Assembly (NCBI GenBank): GCA_003223645.1
Contig: QHVT01000014.1
Coordinates: 38,264-102,263, forward strand
Direction: 5' to 3'
From: Acidobacteriota bacterium
GTDB lineage: Bacteria; Acidobacteriota; Thermoanaerobaculia; Gp7-AA8
DNA: 64,000 nt
In this document: positions 17,423 to 26,042 of the stretch, in pieces
Numbering within the stretch: the stretch's first letter is position 1
How the letters are laid out: the number at the start of each line of letters is the position of its first letter
Notes under the pieces: generated by a model
Databases searched by the model: none
The model's input: the letters and a program-made list of their open reading frames with translations, nothing else
Told to the model about the DNA's origin: nothing
Translations under genes and position numbers: made by a program

Positions 17423-18657
17423 ACGCCTCCATCATCGCCGTCGGCTCGGAGATGCTCGGGCCGACGCGCACTGACACGAACTCTCTCAAAATCACCGCGG
17501 CGCTCGAAGACTTCGGCGTCGGCCTCGTGCGCAAGTCGATCGTCGGCGACACGCTTGCCGATCTGCGCGACGAGATCCTCTACGACGTCGAGCGCGCCGA
17601 CATCCTCGTCATCACCGGCGGCCTCGGTCCGACCGAAGACGATCTCACGCGCGAAGCGCTCGCCGCGGCGTTCGGCCTGGAGATGGAAGTCGACCAGTCG
17701 ATCATCGACCGCATCGCCGCGCGCTTCGCGGCGCGCGGCTGGGTCATGCCCGAGGTCAACAAGCGGCAGGCGAATGTCTTCAAGGGGCAGACGACGCTCA
17801 CCAACGAGCGCGGCACAGCGCCGGGATTTCACATCGAGACACGCGGGAAGCACGTTTGGATTTTTCCCGGAGTCCCGCACGAGCTGGAGTGGATGATTGC
17901 GACGTACTTTCGTCGGTGGCTCGAAGAGCTCAGCGGGGGACGCGCGCGCCATCGCCGCGTTTTGAAAATCGCGGGACTCACCGAGTCCGGCGTCGAAGAG
18001 AAACTGAAGCCGTACTATGACGCGCACGCGCCCGAAGTGCCGACGATCCTCGCGTCGCAGGGACACATCGAGATTCATCTGCAGTCCGACGGCGCCGAAA
18101 ACGAAGCACGCGCGTTGCTCGCGGCGCGCGAGCGCGAGCTCGCCGACATCTTCGGCAACAACGTCTTCGGTTACGACGACGACACGATCGAAAGCGTGAT
18201 CGGCGCGCTGCTCAAATCGCGCAACGAAACGCTCGCCACCGCCGAGTCCTGCACCGGCGGCCTCCTCGGCTCCCGCATCACCGACGTCTCCGGCAGCTCG
18301 TCGTACTACCTCGGCGGCGCCGTCTGCTACACCGCCGCCGCAAAAATCGCGATGGCGGGCGTCGACGAAGCGCTGATCCGCGAACACGGCGAAGTCTCCG
18401 AGCCGGTCGCGATCGCACTGGCCAACGGAGTCCGCGAAAAATTCGGCGCCACCTGGGGCGTCGGCATCACCGGCATCGCCGGCCCGACCGGCGGAACGCC
18501 GGAGAAGCCGGTCGGCACCGTCCACATCGCCGTCGCCTGGCCGGAGGACGTCAAGCACCGCAAGTTTTTCTGGCAGGGCCCGCGCACGATCATCAAGTGG
18601 TTTTCGACGCAGTTCGCGTTGGACATGTTGCGGCGGTCTGTTTTAAAGCGTAGTTGA
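17419..18657 (+). CDS. cinA: CinA family protein (competence/damage-inducible; NMN amidohydrolase domain)
   Basis: MNASIIAVGSEMLGPTRTDTNS (MoCF-biosynthesis-like N-terminus) and ESCTGG in the C-terminal PncC domain. ATGA overlap with the ABC-F stop. Confidence 0.9.
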   Translation: MNASIIAVGSEMLGPTRTDTNSLKITAALEDFGVGLVRKSIVGDTLADLRDEILYDVERADILVITGGLGPTEDDLTREALAAAFGLEMEVDQSIIDRIAARFAARGWVMPEVNKRQANVFKGQTTLTNERGTAPGFHIETRGKHVWIFPGVPHELEWMIATYFRRWLEELSGGRARHRRVLKIAGLTESGVEEKLKPYYDAHAPEVPTILASQGHIEIHLQSDGAENEARALLAARERELADIFGNNVFGYDDDTIESVIGALLKSRNETLATAESCTGGLLGSRITDVSGSSSYYLGGAVCYTAAAKIAMAGVDEALIREHGEVSEPVAIALANGVREKFGATWGVGITGIAGPTGGTPEKPVGTVHIAVAWPEDVKHRKFFWQGPRTIIKWFSTQFALDMLRRSVLKRS

Positions 18658-18683
18658 CGCGACGCAGACGTTGAGCACATGTT

Positions 18684-18977
18684 GTGTGTATGAAGCGCTT
18701 GAATATCGCGGTAGACGGAGACTTGCTCGAAAGGACCATGCAGGTCAGCGGCGAACGGACGTATGCAGCAGCAATCACCAAGGCCATGAAGGAATTGGTA
18801 CGCGTGTCCGATCTCAAGTCGGCAATCGAGGCCATGCGCGCCAAGAAAGACTTCTTCTATCCCGGCTATTTCGAACAGATTCGGCCGAATTCCTGGTATG
18901 CACTGGAAAAGAAGGCGAAGGCGGAACGATCGTCGAAGCCGTCAAATAAGGCGACTCGTGGCCGTCGTGCTCGTTGA
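18684..18977 (+). CDS. vapB: VapB-type (ribbon-helix-helix-like) type II antitoxin
   Basis: MKRLNIAVDGDLLERTMQVSGERTYAAAITKAMKELV resembles VapB-family antitoxin N-termini. Followed by an overlapping PIN-like start. Confidence 0.7.
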   Translation: MCMKRLNIAVDGDLLERTMQVSGERTYAAAITKAMKELVRVSDLKSAIEAMRAKKDFFYPGYFEQIRPNSWYALEKKAKAERSSKPSNKATRGRRAR

Positions 18978-19080
18978 TGCGAGCATCTGGCTGGACGTTG
19001 TGCGCGGCCGAAGCGACGATCTCAGGCGCGTTGCGCCGCTCGAAACCGCAGGTCGTGAGGTGGCGATAAGCATGCCGTGA
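18958..19080 (+). pseudogene. vapC: Truncated PIN-domain toxin (vapC) remnant; only ~16 N-terminal codons are toxin-like
   Basis: GTG 18958 overlaps the vapB end by 20 nt. VAVVLVDASIWLDVVRG matches PIN VapC N-termini (xLxDTSVWIDxLRG). From 19003 onward the sequence is the R4 repeat. The frame stops at 19080. Confidence 0.6.
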
Positions 19081-19116
19081 GGCGGAGCAATCCACGCAGC
19101 CGGCCGTGCCGGCTAG
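19003..19116 (+). repeat. R4 ~112-bp 3'-end element, copy a
   Basis: About 90% identical by eye to 37773..37885 and to the reverse complement of 43171..43282. Contains hairpins GGCGC-GTT-GCGCC and AGCCGG-CCGTG-CCGGCT. Its terminal CTAG supplies the rseP stop. Confidence 0.85.
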
Positions 19117-20423
19117 CCGCTCCGCATCCGCACCCAATTCGTGATCACGTCGTTGTAGAGCACGACGATCATCAGCGTCGCCAGCACGGCGAAGCCGAGT
19201 TGTTGGATGCGCTCTTTCACCTGGAGCGAGAGGTCGCGGCGGGCGGCTCCTTCGATCAGGAGGATCATGATGTGGCCGCCGTCGAGGACGGGGATGGGGA
19301 GGAGGTTCATGACTCCGAGTTGGAGGGAGATCAGGGCGACGAGGTTGAGGAATTCGGCGACGCCGCGCCTGAGCATGTCGCCGGAGATTTTGGCGATGGA
19401 GAAGGGGCCGCTGAGCTCTTTCACGCTGCCGTGGCCGCGGACCATGCGCCCGAGGGCGGTGCCGGCGAGCTTCAGCATCTTGATGTTTTCCTGGACGCTG
19501 TAGCGCAGCGCGGGGAAGAACGAGAGCTTGAAGGGAATCGTCGGCGGGATGATGCCGCGCGTGGTGTCGCCCGCGTCCTTCGGCGGCGCGAGCCGCACGC
19601 TGCGGCGTTCGGCGCCGCGCATGATGTCGAGCACGATCGGCTTCTGAATGTTCTTGCCCGAGATCTCGGCGAGCTGCTCCATGATCTGCACGGGATTGCC
19701 GTTCACGGCGACGATCTGGTCGCCGCTGCGCAGGTCCGCAGCGGCCGCGGAAGAACCGGGCTGCGTGCGGTTGACGATCGCGTCGATTCCGTAGCCGATG
19801 CCGACGCGGCCAACGGGTCCGTAATCGCTCTCTTCCTGCACCGGCGTCATCGTGGTCGTGTGCCGCACGTTGTTGCGTAGGTACGTGACCTTCAGCGGTG
19901 TGCCCGCGTTCATCGAGAAGACGAGCCGTACGTCGTCGTAGTCCTTCACCGGCTCGTTGTTGACGGCAACGATCTGGTCGCCGGGAAGCAGTCCTGCTTT
20001 CGCCGCCGGATAGCTCGCGGTCACGCTGCGCACGATCGGACGGATGACGTATTCCTCGCGTCCGATCATCGCCAGCACGGCGATGAGACCGAGGGCGACG
20101 AGGATGTTCATCGTCGGGCCGGCGATGAGGATCAGGAAGCGCTGCCACTTCGGCTTCGACAGAAAGTCGCCGGGATTGGCGGGGACGTTTTCTTCAGGCG
20201 TATCGCCGGACATTCGGACGTAGCCGCCGAGCGGAAAGATGGAGACGCGGTAGTCCGTCTCGCCGATGCGGAAGCCGAAGAGCCGCTTGCCGAACCCGAG
20301 CGAGAAGACGAGCACGCGGACGCGGAAGAGCTTGGCGACGAGAAAGTGACCGGCCTCGTGGATGAAGACCAGGAAGCCGAGGCCGATGATGATGCCGACG
20401 ACGTTATAGGCGTAATCGCTCAT
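19113..20423 (-). CDS. rseP: RIP metalloprotease RseP (site-2 protease, M50)
   Basis: HEAGHFLVAK (HExxH) in TM1. PDZ regions. NLLPIPVLDGGH. Confidence 0.92.
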   Translation of the reverse strand: MSDYAYNVVGIIIGLGFLVFIHEAGHFLVAKLFRVRVLVFSLGFGKRLFGFRIGETDYRVSIFPLGGYVRMSGDTPEENVPANPGDFLSKPKWQRFLILIAGPTMNILVALGLIAVLAMIGREEYVIRPIVRSVTASYPAAKAGLLPGDQIVAVNNEPVKDYDDVRLVFSMNAGTPLKVTYLRNNVRHTTTMTPVQEESDYGPVGRVGIGYGIDAIVNRTQPGSSAAAADLRSGDQIVAVNGNPVQIMEQLAEISGKNIQKPIVLDIMRGAERRSVRLAPPKDAGDTTRGIIPPTIPFKLSFFPALRYSVQENIKMLKLAGTALGRMVRGHGSVKELSGPFSIAKISGDMLRRGVAEFLNLVALISLQLGVMNLLPIPVLDGGHIMILLIEGAARRDLSLQVKERIQQLGFAVLATLMIVVLYNDVITNWVRMRSG

Positions 20424-20432
20424 GAGAATGGT

Positions 20433-21593
20433 TCAGTGCCGGACTGCAACATCGAGACCGCGCGCTTCGTTCCGCGCCCAGCCGTCCCAATGCAATGCAT
20501 CGTCGACGGATGCGATCTCGCTGATGTTTCCGGCATGGCGTTCCAGGGTACGCTCGACTATGTCTACGATTCCGGTGAACGGAAGTTCTCCGGCCAGGAA
20601 ACGCTCGACGGCGATCTCGTTCGCGGCGTTGAGCACGGCCGGCATCGAGCCGCCGGCGCGGACCGCGGAATAGGCAAGTGCGACGGCGGGAAAGCGGCGC
20701 GCGTCGACGTCGAGAAATTCGAGGGTGCGCATTTTCGCGAGGTCGAGTCGCGCGAACGGCGCGGCGACGCGCTCCGGATAGAGCAGCGCGTACTGGATCG
20801 GGAACTTCATGTCCGTCGTCGAGAGCTGCGCGATGATCGAGCCGTCGACGTATTCGACCATCGAGTGCACGATCGACTGCGGATGAATGAGGATGTCGAT
20901 GCGCTCGGCCGGCATGTCGAAGAGGTGATGCGCCTCGATCACTTCGAGGCCCTTGTTCATCATCGTCGCCGAGTCGATCGAGATTTTGTTGCCCATCCGC
21001 CAGGTCGGATGCGCGAGCGCGGCTTCGATGCTGATGTCGCCGAACGTCGAGAGCTCGCGACGGAGAAACGGTCCGCCCGACGCGGTGAGGATGATGCGCT
21101 GCACTTCTTCGTGACGTCCCGCGCTCAGCGCCTGGTGCACGGCGTTGTGCTCGGAGTCGACGGGGAGAATCTCGCCGCCGAATTCGCGCGCGGTGCGCGT
21201 CATGACGTCGCCGGCGGCGACGAGCACTTCCTTGTTGGCGATGCCGACGCGCTTACCCGCGCGCAGCGCGGCGTGCACCGGCGCGATGCCGGCGGCGCCA
21301 ACGATCGCGGCGATCACGGCATCCGCTGAAGGCAGCGCAGCGACAGCGCACGCGCCTTCGAGACCGGGAACGACTTCGATGTTCGGAAACCGCGCGCGCA
21401 GATGCGCGGCGTCGTGCTCGTTGCGGACGGAGACGAGCTCCGGTTGATAGCGCTCGATCTGTTCGGCGAGCAGCTCGACGTTGGAGCCGGCGGCGAGGCC
21501 GACGACGCGCAATCGATCGGCGAATGCGTCGACGACGGCGAGGGTGCTGCGGCCGACACTGCCGGTGCATCCGAGGATGGAGATCGTTCGCAT
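20433..21593 (-). CDS. dxr: 1-deoxy-D-xylulose 5-phosphate reductoisomerase
   Basis: MRTISILGCTGSVGRSTL and PVDSEHNA. 386 aa. Confidence 0.94.
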   Translation of the reverse strand: MRTISILGCTGSVGRSTLAVVDAFADRLRVVGLAAGSNVELLAEQIERYQPELVSVRNEHDAAHLRARFPNIEVVPGLEGACAVAALPSADAVIAAIVGAAGIAPVHAALRAGKRVGIANKEVLVAAGDVMTRTAREFGGEILPVDSEHNAVHQALSAGRHEEVQRIILTASGGPFLRRELSTFGDISIEAALAHPTWRMGNKISIDSATMMNKGLEVIEAHHLFDMPAERIDILIHPQSIVHSMVEYVDGSIIAQLSTTDMKFPIQYALLYPERVAAPFARLDLAKMRTLEFLDVDARRFPAVALAYSAVRAGGSMPAVLNAANEIAVERFLAGELPFTGIVDIVERTLERHAGNISEIASVDDALHWDGWARNEARGLDVAVRH

Positions 21594-21594
21594 A

Positions 21595-22425
21595 TCAGGC
21601 GGACATGATGTTCAGCGAGCGGAAGCCGTGCACGATCAGCGTCCAGTAGCAGTACAGAATCGGCGCGGTGAAGAAAATCGAGTCGAAGCGGTCGAGGAAA
21701 CCGCCGTGGCCGGGGATCAGCGTGCCGCTGTCTTTCACGTCGGCGGAGCGCTTCCACATCGACTCCGCGAGATCGCCGATCACGCCGGCGAACGAGAGAA
21801 TCACGCCGGCGATGATCGCGTGCAGGAGAGGGATCTCTTTGAAGAACGTGAAGTGGATGACGACCGCGGCGATGATCGACGTCGCGATGCCGCCGGCGAG
21901 TCCTTCCACCGTTTTCTTCGGGCTGATCCGCGGCGACAGTTTGTGCTTGCCGAGCGATCTCCCGACGTAATACGCGCCGCTGTCGCCGAGCCAGACGACC
22001 AGCAGCAGAAAGAAAATCAGTTTCGCGCCGACGGGGAAATCTCCGCGCAATCGAATCAGCGATCCGCCGAGCATGCCGACGTACGTCGTCGCGAGGACGG
22101 CGATCGCGCTCGACGGCAGCGAGTCCTCGAGCGGCTTGCGGCCGAGAACGTACGACGCCGGAATCACGAGCAACGCGGTGAACATCCCGAACTCCACGGA
22201 CAGCTCCTGCAGGATGAACGCCGCCATGATGACGAGCATGATCGCGATGCAGAGATAGATCGGGAGGTCGTAGCCTTTCGCGCGGCCGAGCGAGAGAAAC
22301 TCGTGCAGCGCGAGAATCGCGATCAGCGCGATCGTCGCGTCGAAGACGTAGGGCGTATTTGTCAGGACGACCCAGATCGCGATCGGGGCGGCGACGAGCG
22401 CCGTGAGCTCACGGGCGAAGCGCAT
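21595..22425 (-). CDS. cdsA: Phosphatidate cytidylyltransferase
   Basis: ORF 21595..22491, start moved to ATG 22425. C-terminal signature SDVKDSGTLIPGHGGFLDRFDS. Confidence 0.9.
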   Translation of the reverse strand: MRFARELTALVAAPIAIWVVLTNTPYVFDATIALIAILALHEFLSLGRAKGYDLPIYLCIAIMLVIMAAFILQELSVEFGMFTALLVIPASYVLGRKPLEDSLPSSAIAVLATTYVGMLGGSLIRLRGDFPVGAKLIFFLLLVVWLGDSGAYYVGRSLGKHKLSPRISPKKTVEGLAGGIATSIIAAVVIHFTFFKEIPLLHAIIAGVILSFAGVIGDLAESMWKRSADVKDSGTLIPGHGGFLDRFDSIFFTAPILYCYWTLIVHGFRSLNIMSA

Positions 22426-22500
22426 CGGTTGCGGTTGCGCGGTTACGCGGTCTCGCGGTTGCGCGGCACCATTCACCGCGCAACTGTGCAACCGCGCACC
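22426..22500. repeat. Word-built hairpin, GCGGTTGCGC family, copy b
   Basis: CGGTTGCGGTTGCGCGGTTACGCGGTCTCGCGGTTGCGCGG-CACCATTCA-CCGCGCAACTGTGCAACCGCGCACC. Fills the entire uppS-cdsA spacer. Confidence 0.85.
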
Positions 22501-22503
22501 CGT

Positions 22504-23319
22504 CTATGACCCGTCCTCCGCTTCGACGAACATCTCCCTCTCCTCGGCCGGCTCGACCGCTCCATAGCGGCGCTCGCGCGCCTGGAAGTCGATGATCGCT
22601 TCGAAGAGATGGCGGCGGCGGAAGTCGGGCCAGAGCGTTTTCGTGACGTGGATCTCGGCGTACGCGATCTGCCACAGCAGAAAGTTCGACACGCGCAACT
22701 CGCCGCTCGTGCGGATGAGGAGGTCGGGATCCTCGACGTTCGCGGTGTAGAGATGATCGGAGAAGAACGCCTCATCGATCACTGCGTCGCTCATCTCCTT
22801 CTCGCGAAGGAGATTCATGATGCGATTGCAGGTGTCGACGATCTCCGCGCGTCCGCCGTAGTTGAGCGCGATCTGAAACAGGAGTCCGCTGTTGCCGGCG
22901 GTCTTTTCTTCCGCGTAGCGCAACTCGCGCTGCACCGTCGGATCGAGTCCGTCGATGCGGCCGATCGGAGTGAAGCGGATGTTGTTCTCCATCAGCGTCG
23001 CCAGCTCTTTGCGGAGGTACTCCTTGAGCAGCATCATCAGCGTCATCACTTCGATGCGCGGGCGCTTCCAGTTCTCGACTGAGAACGCGTAGAGCGTCAT
23101 GACGCCGAGCTCGAGGCGCGCGGCGGTTTCGACGGTTTCACGCACCGAGGTGATGCCGGCGCGGTGGCCTTCGACGCGCGGCAGGCTGCGCGCGCGCGCC
23201 CAGCGGCCGTTGCCGTCCATGATGACGGCGACGTGTCGCGGGAGGCGCTTGAGATCGATTTTGTCGAGGAGCGTCTCCTCGATCGAGCCGGGCACGGCCA
23301 GCTTGCTGACGTCGATCAC
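22504..23319 (-). CDS. uppS: Isoprenyl transferase (undecaprenyl diphosphate synthase)
   Basis: HVAVIMDGNGRWA, ELRVSNFLLWQIAYAE. Confidence 0.94.
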   Translation of the reverse strand: MIDVSKLAVPGSIEETLLDKIDLKRLPRHVAVIMDGNGRWARARSLPRVEGHRAGITSVRETVETAARLELGVMTLYAFSVENWKRPRIEVMTLMMLLKEYLRKELATLMENNIRFTPIGRIDGLDPTVQRELRYAEEKTAGNSGLLFQIALNYGGRAEIVDTCNRIMNLLREKEMSDAVIDEAFFSDHLYTANVEDPDLLIRTSGELRVSNFLLWQIAYAEIHVTKTLWPDFRRRHLFEAIIDFQARERRYGAVEPAEEREMFVEAEDGS

Positions 23320-23336
23320 AGAGCGGGGATGTTAGC

Positions 23337-23409
23337 ACCGGTTACTCCGTTGCGCGGTTACGCGGTTACGCGGCGCTGCGCAACCGCGCGACTGCGCGAC
23401 CGAGCAACC
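23337..23409. repeat. Word-built hairpin, GCGGTTGCGC family, copy c
   Basis: CCGGTTACTCCGTTGCGCGGTTACGCGGTTACGCGG...CTGCGCAACCGCGCGACTGCGCGACCGAGCAACC. Lies in the truA-uppS spacer. Confidence 0.85.
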
Positions 23410-24117
23410 TCAGTATCGAATCTCCTTCAATACCAATCCCTTCGCCGGAGCCGTCCAGCGTGCTTCGTCGAACAGCGCCTCCGGCTCGATCCGCCCTCGT
23501 CCGATCTCGATGAGCGATCCGGCGATGCGGCGGACCATGTAGCGGAGGAATCCGTCGGCGGTGACGGTGATGCGGACGGCGTTGCCCTCCCGTGCAACCT
23601 CGATCGACTCGATCGTGCGCGTCGTCGACTCCACTTCCGGCTCGGCAACAGTGAATGCGCGGAAGTCGTGCGTGCCTTTGAGCGCTTGCGCGGCGTCGTG
23701 CATGCGCGCGACGTCGAGCGCATGCGCGACGTGCGCATGCGTCTCGCTCGCGAACACGTCCGCCACCTCGGCGTTCCAGATGCGGTACTCGTACGTCTTC
23801 GCTTTCGCGGAGAAGCGCGCGTGGAAGTCGTCTGCGACTGCTTCGACGCGCGTGACGCGCACGTCGGACGGCAGGAGTTGATTGATGCCGAGGATCAGTC
23901 CGCGCGGCGGGATGTCGAACGGGGGATCGATGTGCGCGCGTTGCGCGAGCGCGTGCACGCCGGAATCGGTGCGTCCGGCGCCGTGCACGCGCAGCGGCTC
24001 GCGGAAGAGTTTCTCGAGCGCCTCTTCGACGACCTGCTGCACGCTCAACGCGTTGGCCTGGCTTTGCCAGCCGGCGTAGCGCGTGCCGAGGTACTGGATC
24101 GTGAAGAGGACGCGCAT
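23410..24117 (-). CDS. truA: tRNA pseudouridine(38-40) synthase
   Basis: MRVLFTIQYLGTRYAGWQSQ and GAGRTDSGVHA (catalytic Asp). Confidence 0.93.
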   Translation of the reverse strand: MRVLFTIQYLGTRYAGWQSQANALSVQQVVEEALEKLFREPLRVHGAGRTDSGVHALAQRAHIDPPFDIPPRGLILGINQLLPSDVRVTRVEAVADDFHARFSAKAKTYEYRIWNAEVADVFASETHAHVAHALDVARMHDAAQALKGTHDFRAFTVAEPEVESTTRTIESIEVAREGNAVRITVTADGFLRYMVRRIAGSLIEIGRGRIEPEALFDEARWTAPAKGLVLKEIRY

Positions 24118-24119
24118 TT

Positions 24120-24184
24120 AGGGTGCAGAGTGCAGGGTGCTGGGTGCCGGGTTGCGCGACTCAGCACCCGGCACTCAGCACCCG
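24120..24184. repeat. Word-built hairpin, GGTGCTGAG family, copy b
   Basis: AGGGTGCAGAGTGCAGGGTGCTGGGTGCCGGGTTGCGCGACTCAGCACCCGGCACTCAGCACCCG. Fills the VWA-truA spacer. Confidence 0.85.
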
Positions 24185-24187
24185 TTT

Positions 24188-25891
24188 CTATCGCGTGTCG
24201 CGCGCGATGATCTGTTCGCGCGAAAAGCCCGACTCGTTCGAGATCTGATCGACGACGCCGATCGAGATCTTGTTCAGACCCGGCTCGGTCAGCAGCTCCA
24301 GCGTGTACGTGTAGAACTTCCCGCTGATCGTCTTCATCTGATCGTTCGGGACGTGGATCTGATGTCCCTTGCGCGCCACGTCGGACATATCGTTGTCCTT
24401 GTTCGCGACGACGACGTAGATGTCGAATCCACCGGCGTACTCGCTCTCCCCCTGCGGCAGGAGCGCGAGCTTGGCCATCGGGATCTGCACGTCGACCGGC
24501 ACTTTGAAGTAGCCGTCGCCGGTCGGGATCGCCTGTCCGAGCCGCGTAAGAATGCCGAGGTCATTCTCCTTGACGCGATAAAGCAGATTGGCGACCACGC
24601 GGTCGCTCATCTCCGCGTACACCGACTTCTCGACGAACGTCTGGCGGCTGCGGACGATGAGGTCCTTGCGATTCTTCAGCTTGACGGAGAGATAGCGCTG
24701 GCGGTCGACGCGCTCCGTACCGGCGCGATAGCCGAGGGAGTAGTACGAGTCGAGATCGCGCTGGATGCGCTGGAAGGCGGCGGCGAAATTGTTCGACTGC
24801 ACCGACGCGAGTCCGCCGGTCATGTCGGCCATCAGCTGCATCGACTCCATCGAGTTCGTGCTCGCGGCCTGCGTCACCGTCGTCGACGTCGGGTTCGAGT
24901 ATTCGGCCGACATGTCGGTGCCGCCGACGAGACCGGCCGCGTGGATCGTGTACATCGTGATGTCGTTCGCGTTCGCGGTCTTGGCGACCGACTGAATGAG
25001 ATTCGAGGCGTCGTACGACACGGTCTCGAGCATCGTCGAGCCGACGCCCCATCCCTTCGTGCGCTGCATCTCGTCGATCATGTAGAACGCTTCGCGGCCC
25101 GGCTGCATCGGGAAACCCTCACTGGTCAACACGAGGATTTTCTTTCCCTCGACGCCGGCCAGCGTCGTGAGCAGGCCGTTGAGCGACGCGACGCTCTGCC
25201 GCAGGTCGTGCTCGTTCGACGACGCGTACGAGCGCGCAATCGACATCGCGTCGTCGTAGCTTTGCGCGTCGCGGATCTGGTCCTGCACCTGCTTCCATTC
25301 ACTCTTCGCCGCGACGCCGAGGCCGGATTCCTTTGAGATCGTGTCGATCATCGAGATGATCTGATTGATGTCGCGCGTGAACGGCACGCGGATCTTCATG
25401 CTGCGGTTGTACGTCGCCATCATCGCCTCGTCGCCGGGGCGCATCACCTTCTGCACGAATTCCTTCATCTGCTGGAAGACGCGGTTGCGGTTGAACGGCG
25501 CGAGCGAGAGGTTGTCGACGTAAAAGATGATGCGGCGCTTCAGATTTTCGTTGAGCTGGTCGTTCGACGGCTCGGCGGCCGGCTGGCCCGGCACTTCGAC
25601 GGCGACGTTCTTCGCCTTCGTCCCTTCGACCTCGTAGAAGTTCGTGACGACTTTCTTCGTGCCGTTCTCGTAAACCTCGAAGTCGTCCTTGGTGAGGCCG
25701 GTGACCGGATTTCCCTTGCGGTCAGTGACGATGACGTCGACGTCGATGACGCGGATGTCGATCGACTCGACGAGCTTCGGCTGCGCCGGCTCAGGCGGAT
25801 TCTTCTGCGCGGCGAGAGGAAGGGCGACGATCGCGACGATCAGAGCGAGAGTACGTTTCACTGGTTTTTGGCCTCCGGAGCTCGGGCTCAT
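24188..25891 (-). CDS. VWA domain protein with an acidobacterial-type N-terminal module (TIGR03436-like)
   Basis: Signal peptide. IDIRVIDVDVIVTDRKGNPVTGLTKDDFEVYENG, then the VWA region RRIIFYVDNLS... Confidence 0.85.
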   Translation of the reverse strand: MSPSSGGQKPVKRTLALIVAIVALPLAAQKNPPEPAQPKLVESIDIRVIDVDVIVTDRKGNPVTGLTKDDFEVYENGTKKVVTNFYEVEGTKAKNVAVEVPGQPAAEPSNDQLNENLKRRIIFYVDNLSLAPFNRNRVFQQMKEFVQKVMRPGDEAMMATYNRSMKIRVPFTRDINQIISMIDTISKESGLGVAAKSEWKQVQDQIRDAQSYDDAMSIARSYASSNEHDLRQSVASLNGLLTTLAGVEGKKILVLTSEGFPMQPGREAFYMIDEMQRTKGWGVGSTMLETVSYDASNLIQSVAKTANANDITMYTIHAAGLVGGTDMSAEYSNPTSTTVTQAASTNSMESMQLMADMTGGLASVQSNNFAAAFQRIQRDLDSYYSLGYRAGTERVDRQRYLSVKLKNRKDLIVRSRQTFVEKSVYAEMSDRVVANLLYRVKENDLGILTRLGQAIPTGDGYFKVPVDVQIPMAKLALLPQGESEYAGGFDIYVVVANKDNDMSDVARKGHQIHVPNDQMKTISGKFYTYTLELLTEPGLNKISIGVVDQISNESGFSREQIIARDTR

Positions 25892-25962
25892 GGGCTGATA
25901 GGCTCACAGGCTCATAGTGTTCTGTTCTATGAGCCGATGAGCCTTTGAGCCTCTGCGCCTAG
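25884..25962. repeat. Word-built hairpin, GGCTCANAGG family, copy a
   Basis: GGGCTCATGGGCTGATAGGCTCACAGGCTCATAG-TGTTCTGTTC-TATGAGCCGATGAGCCTTTGAGCCTCTGCGCC. Includes the VWA start codon. Confidence 0.8.
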
Positions 25963-26042
25963 GTTTGACGATCACTGCCGCGCGCACGTTACAGCGCTGG
26001 CGTGCTCCGTGCGAGAATACGGGCGCGAATACGAAAATTCCG

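Noticed and set aside
19003-19080. Reading the R4-encoded peptide (RSDDLRRVAPLETAGREVAISMP) as the genuine continuation of VapC
   Set aside because: The same DNA recurs at ~90% identity at two unrelated loci (37773, 43171) with no PIN context. The frame stops after 40 codons, and there is no space for a PIN domain before rseP.
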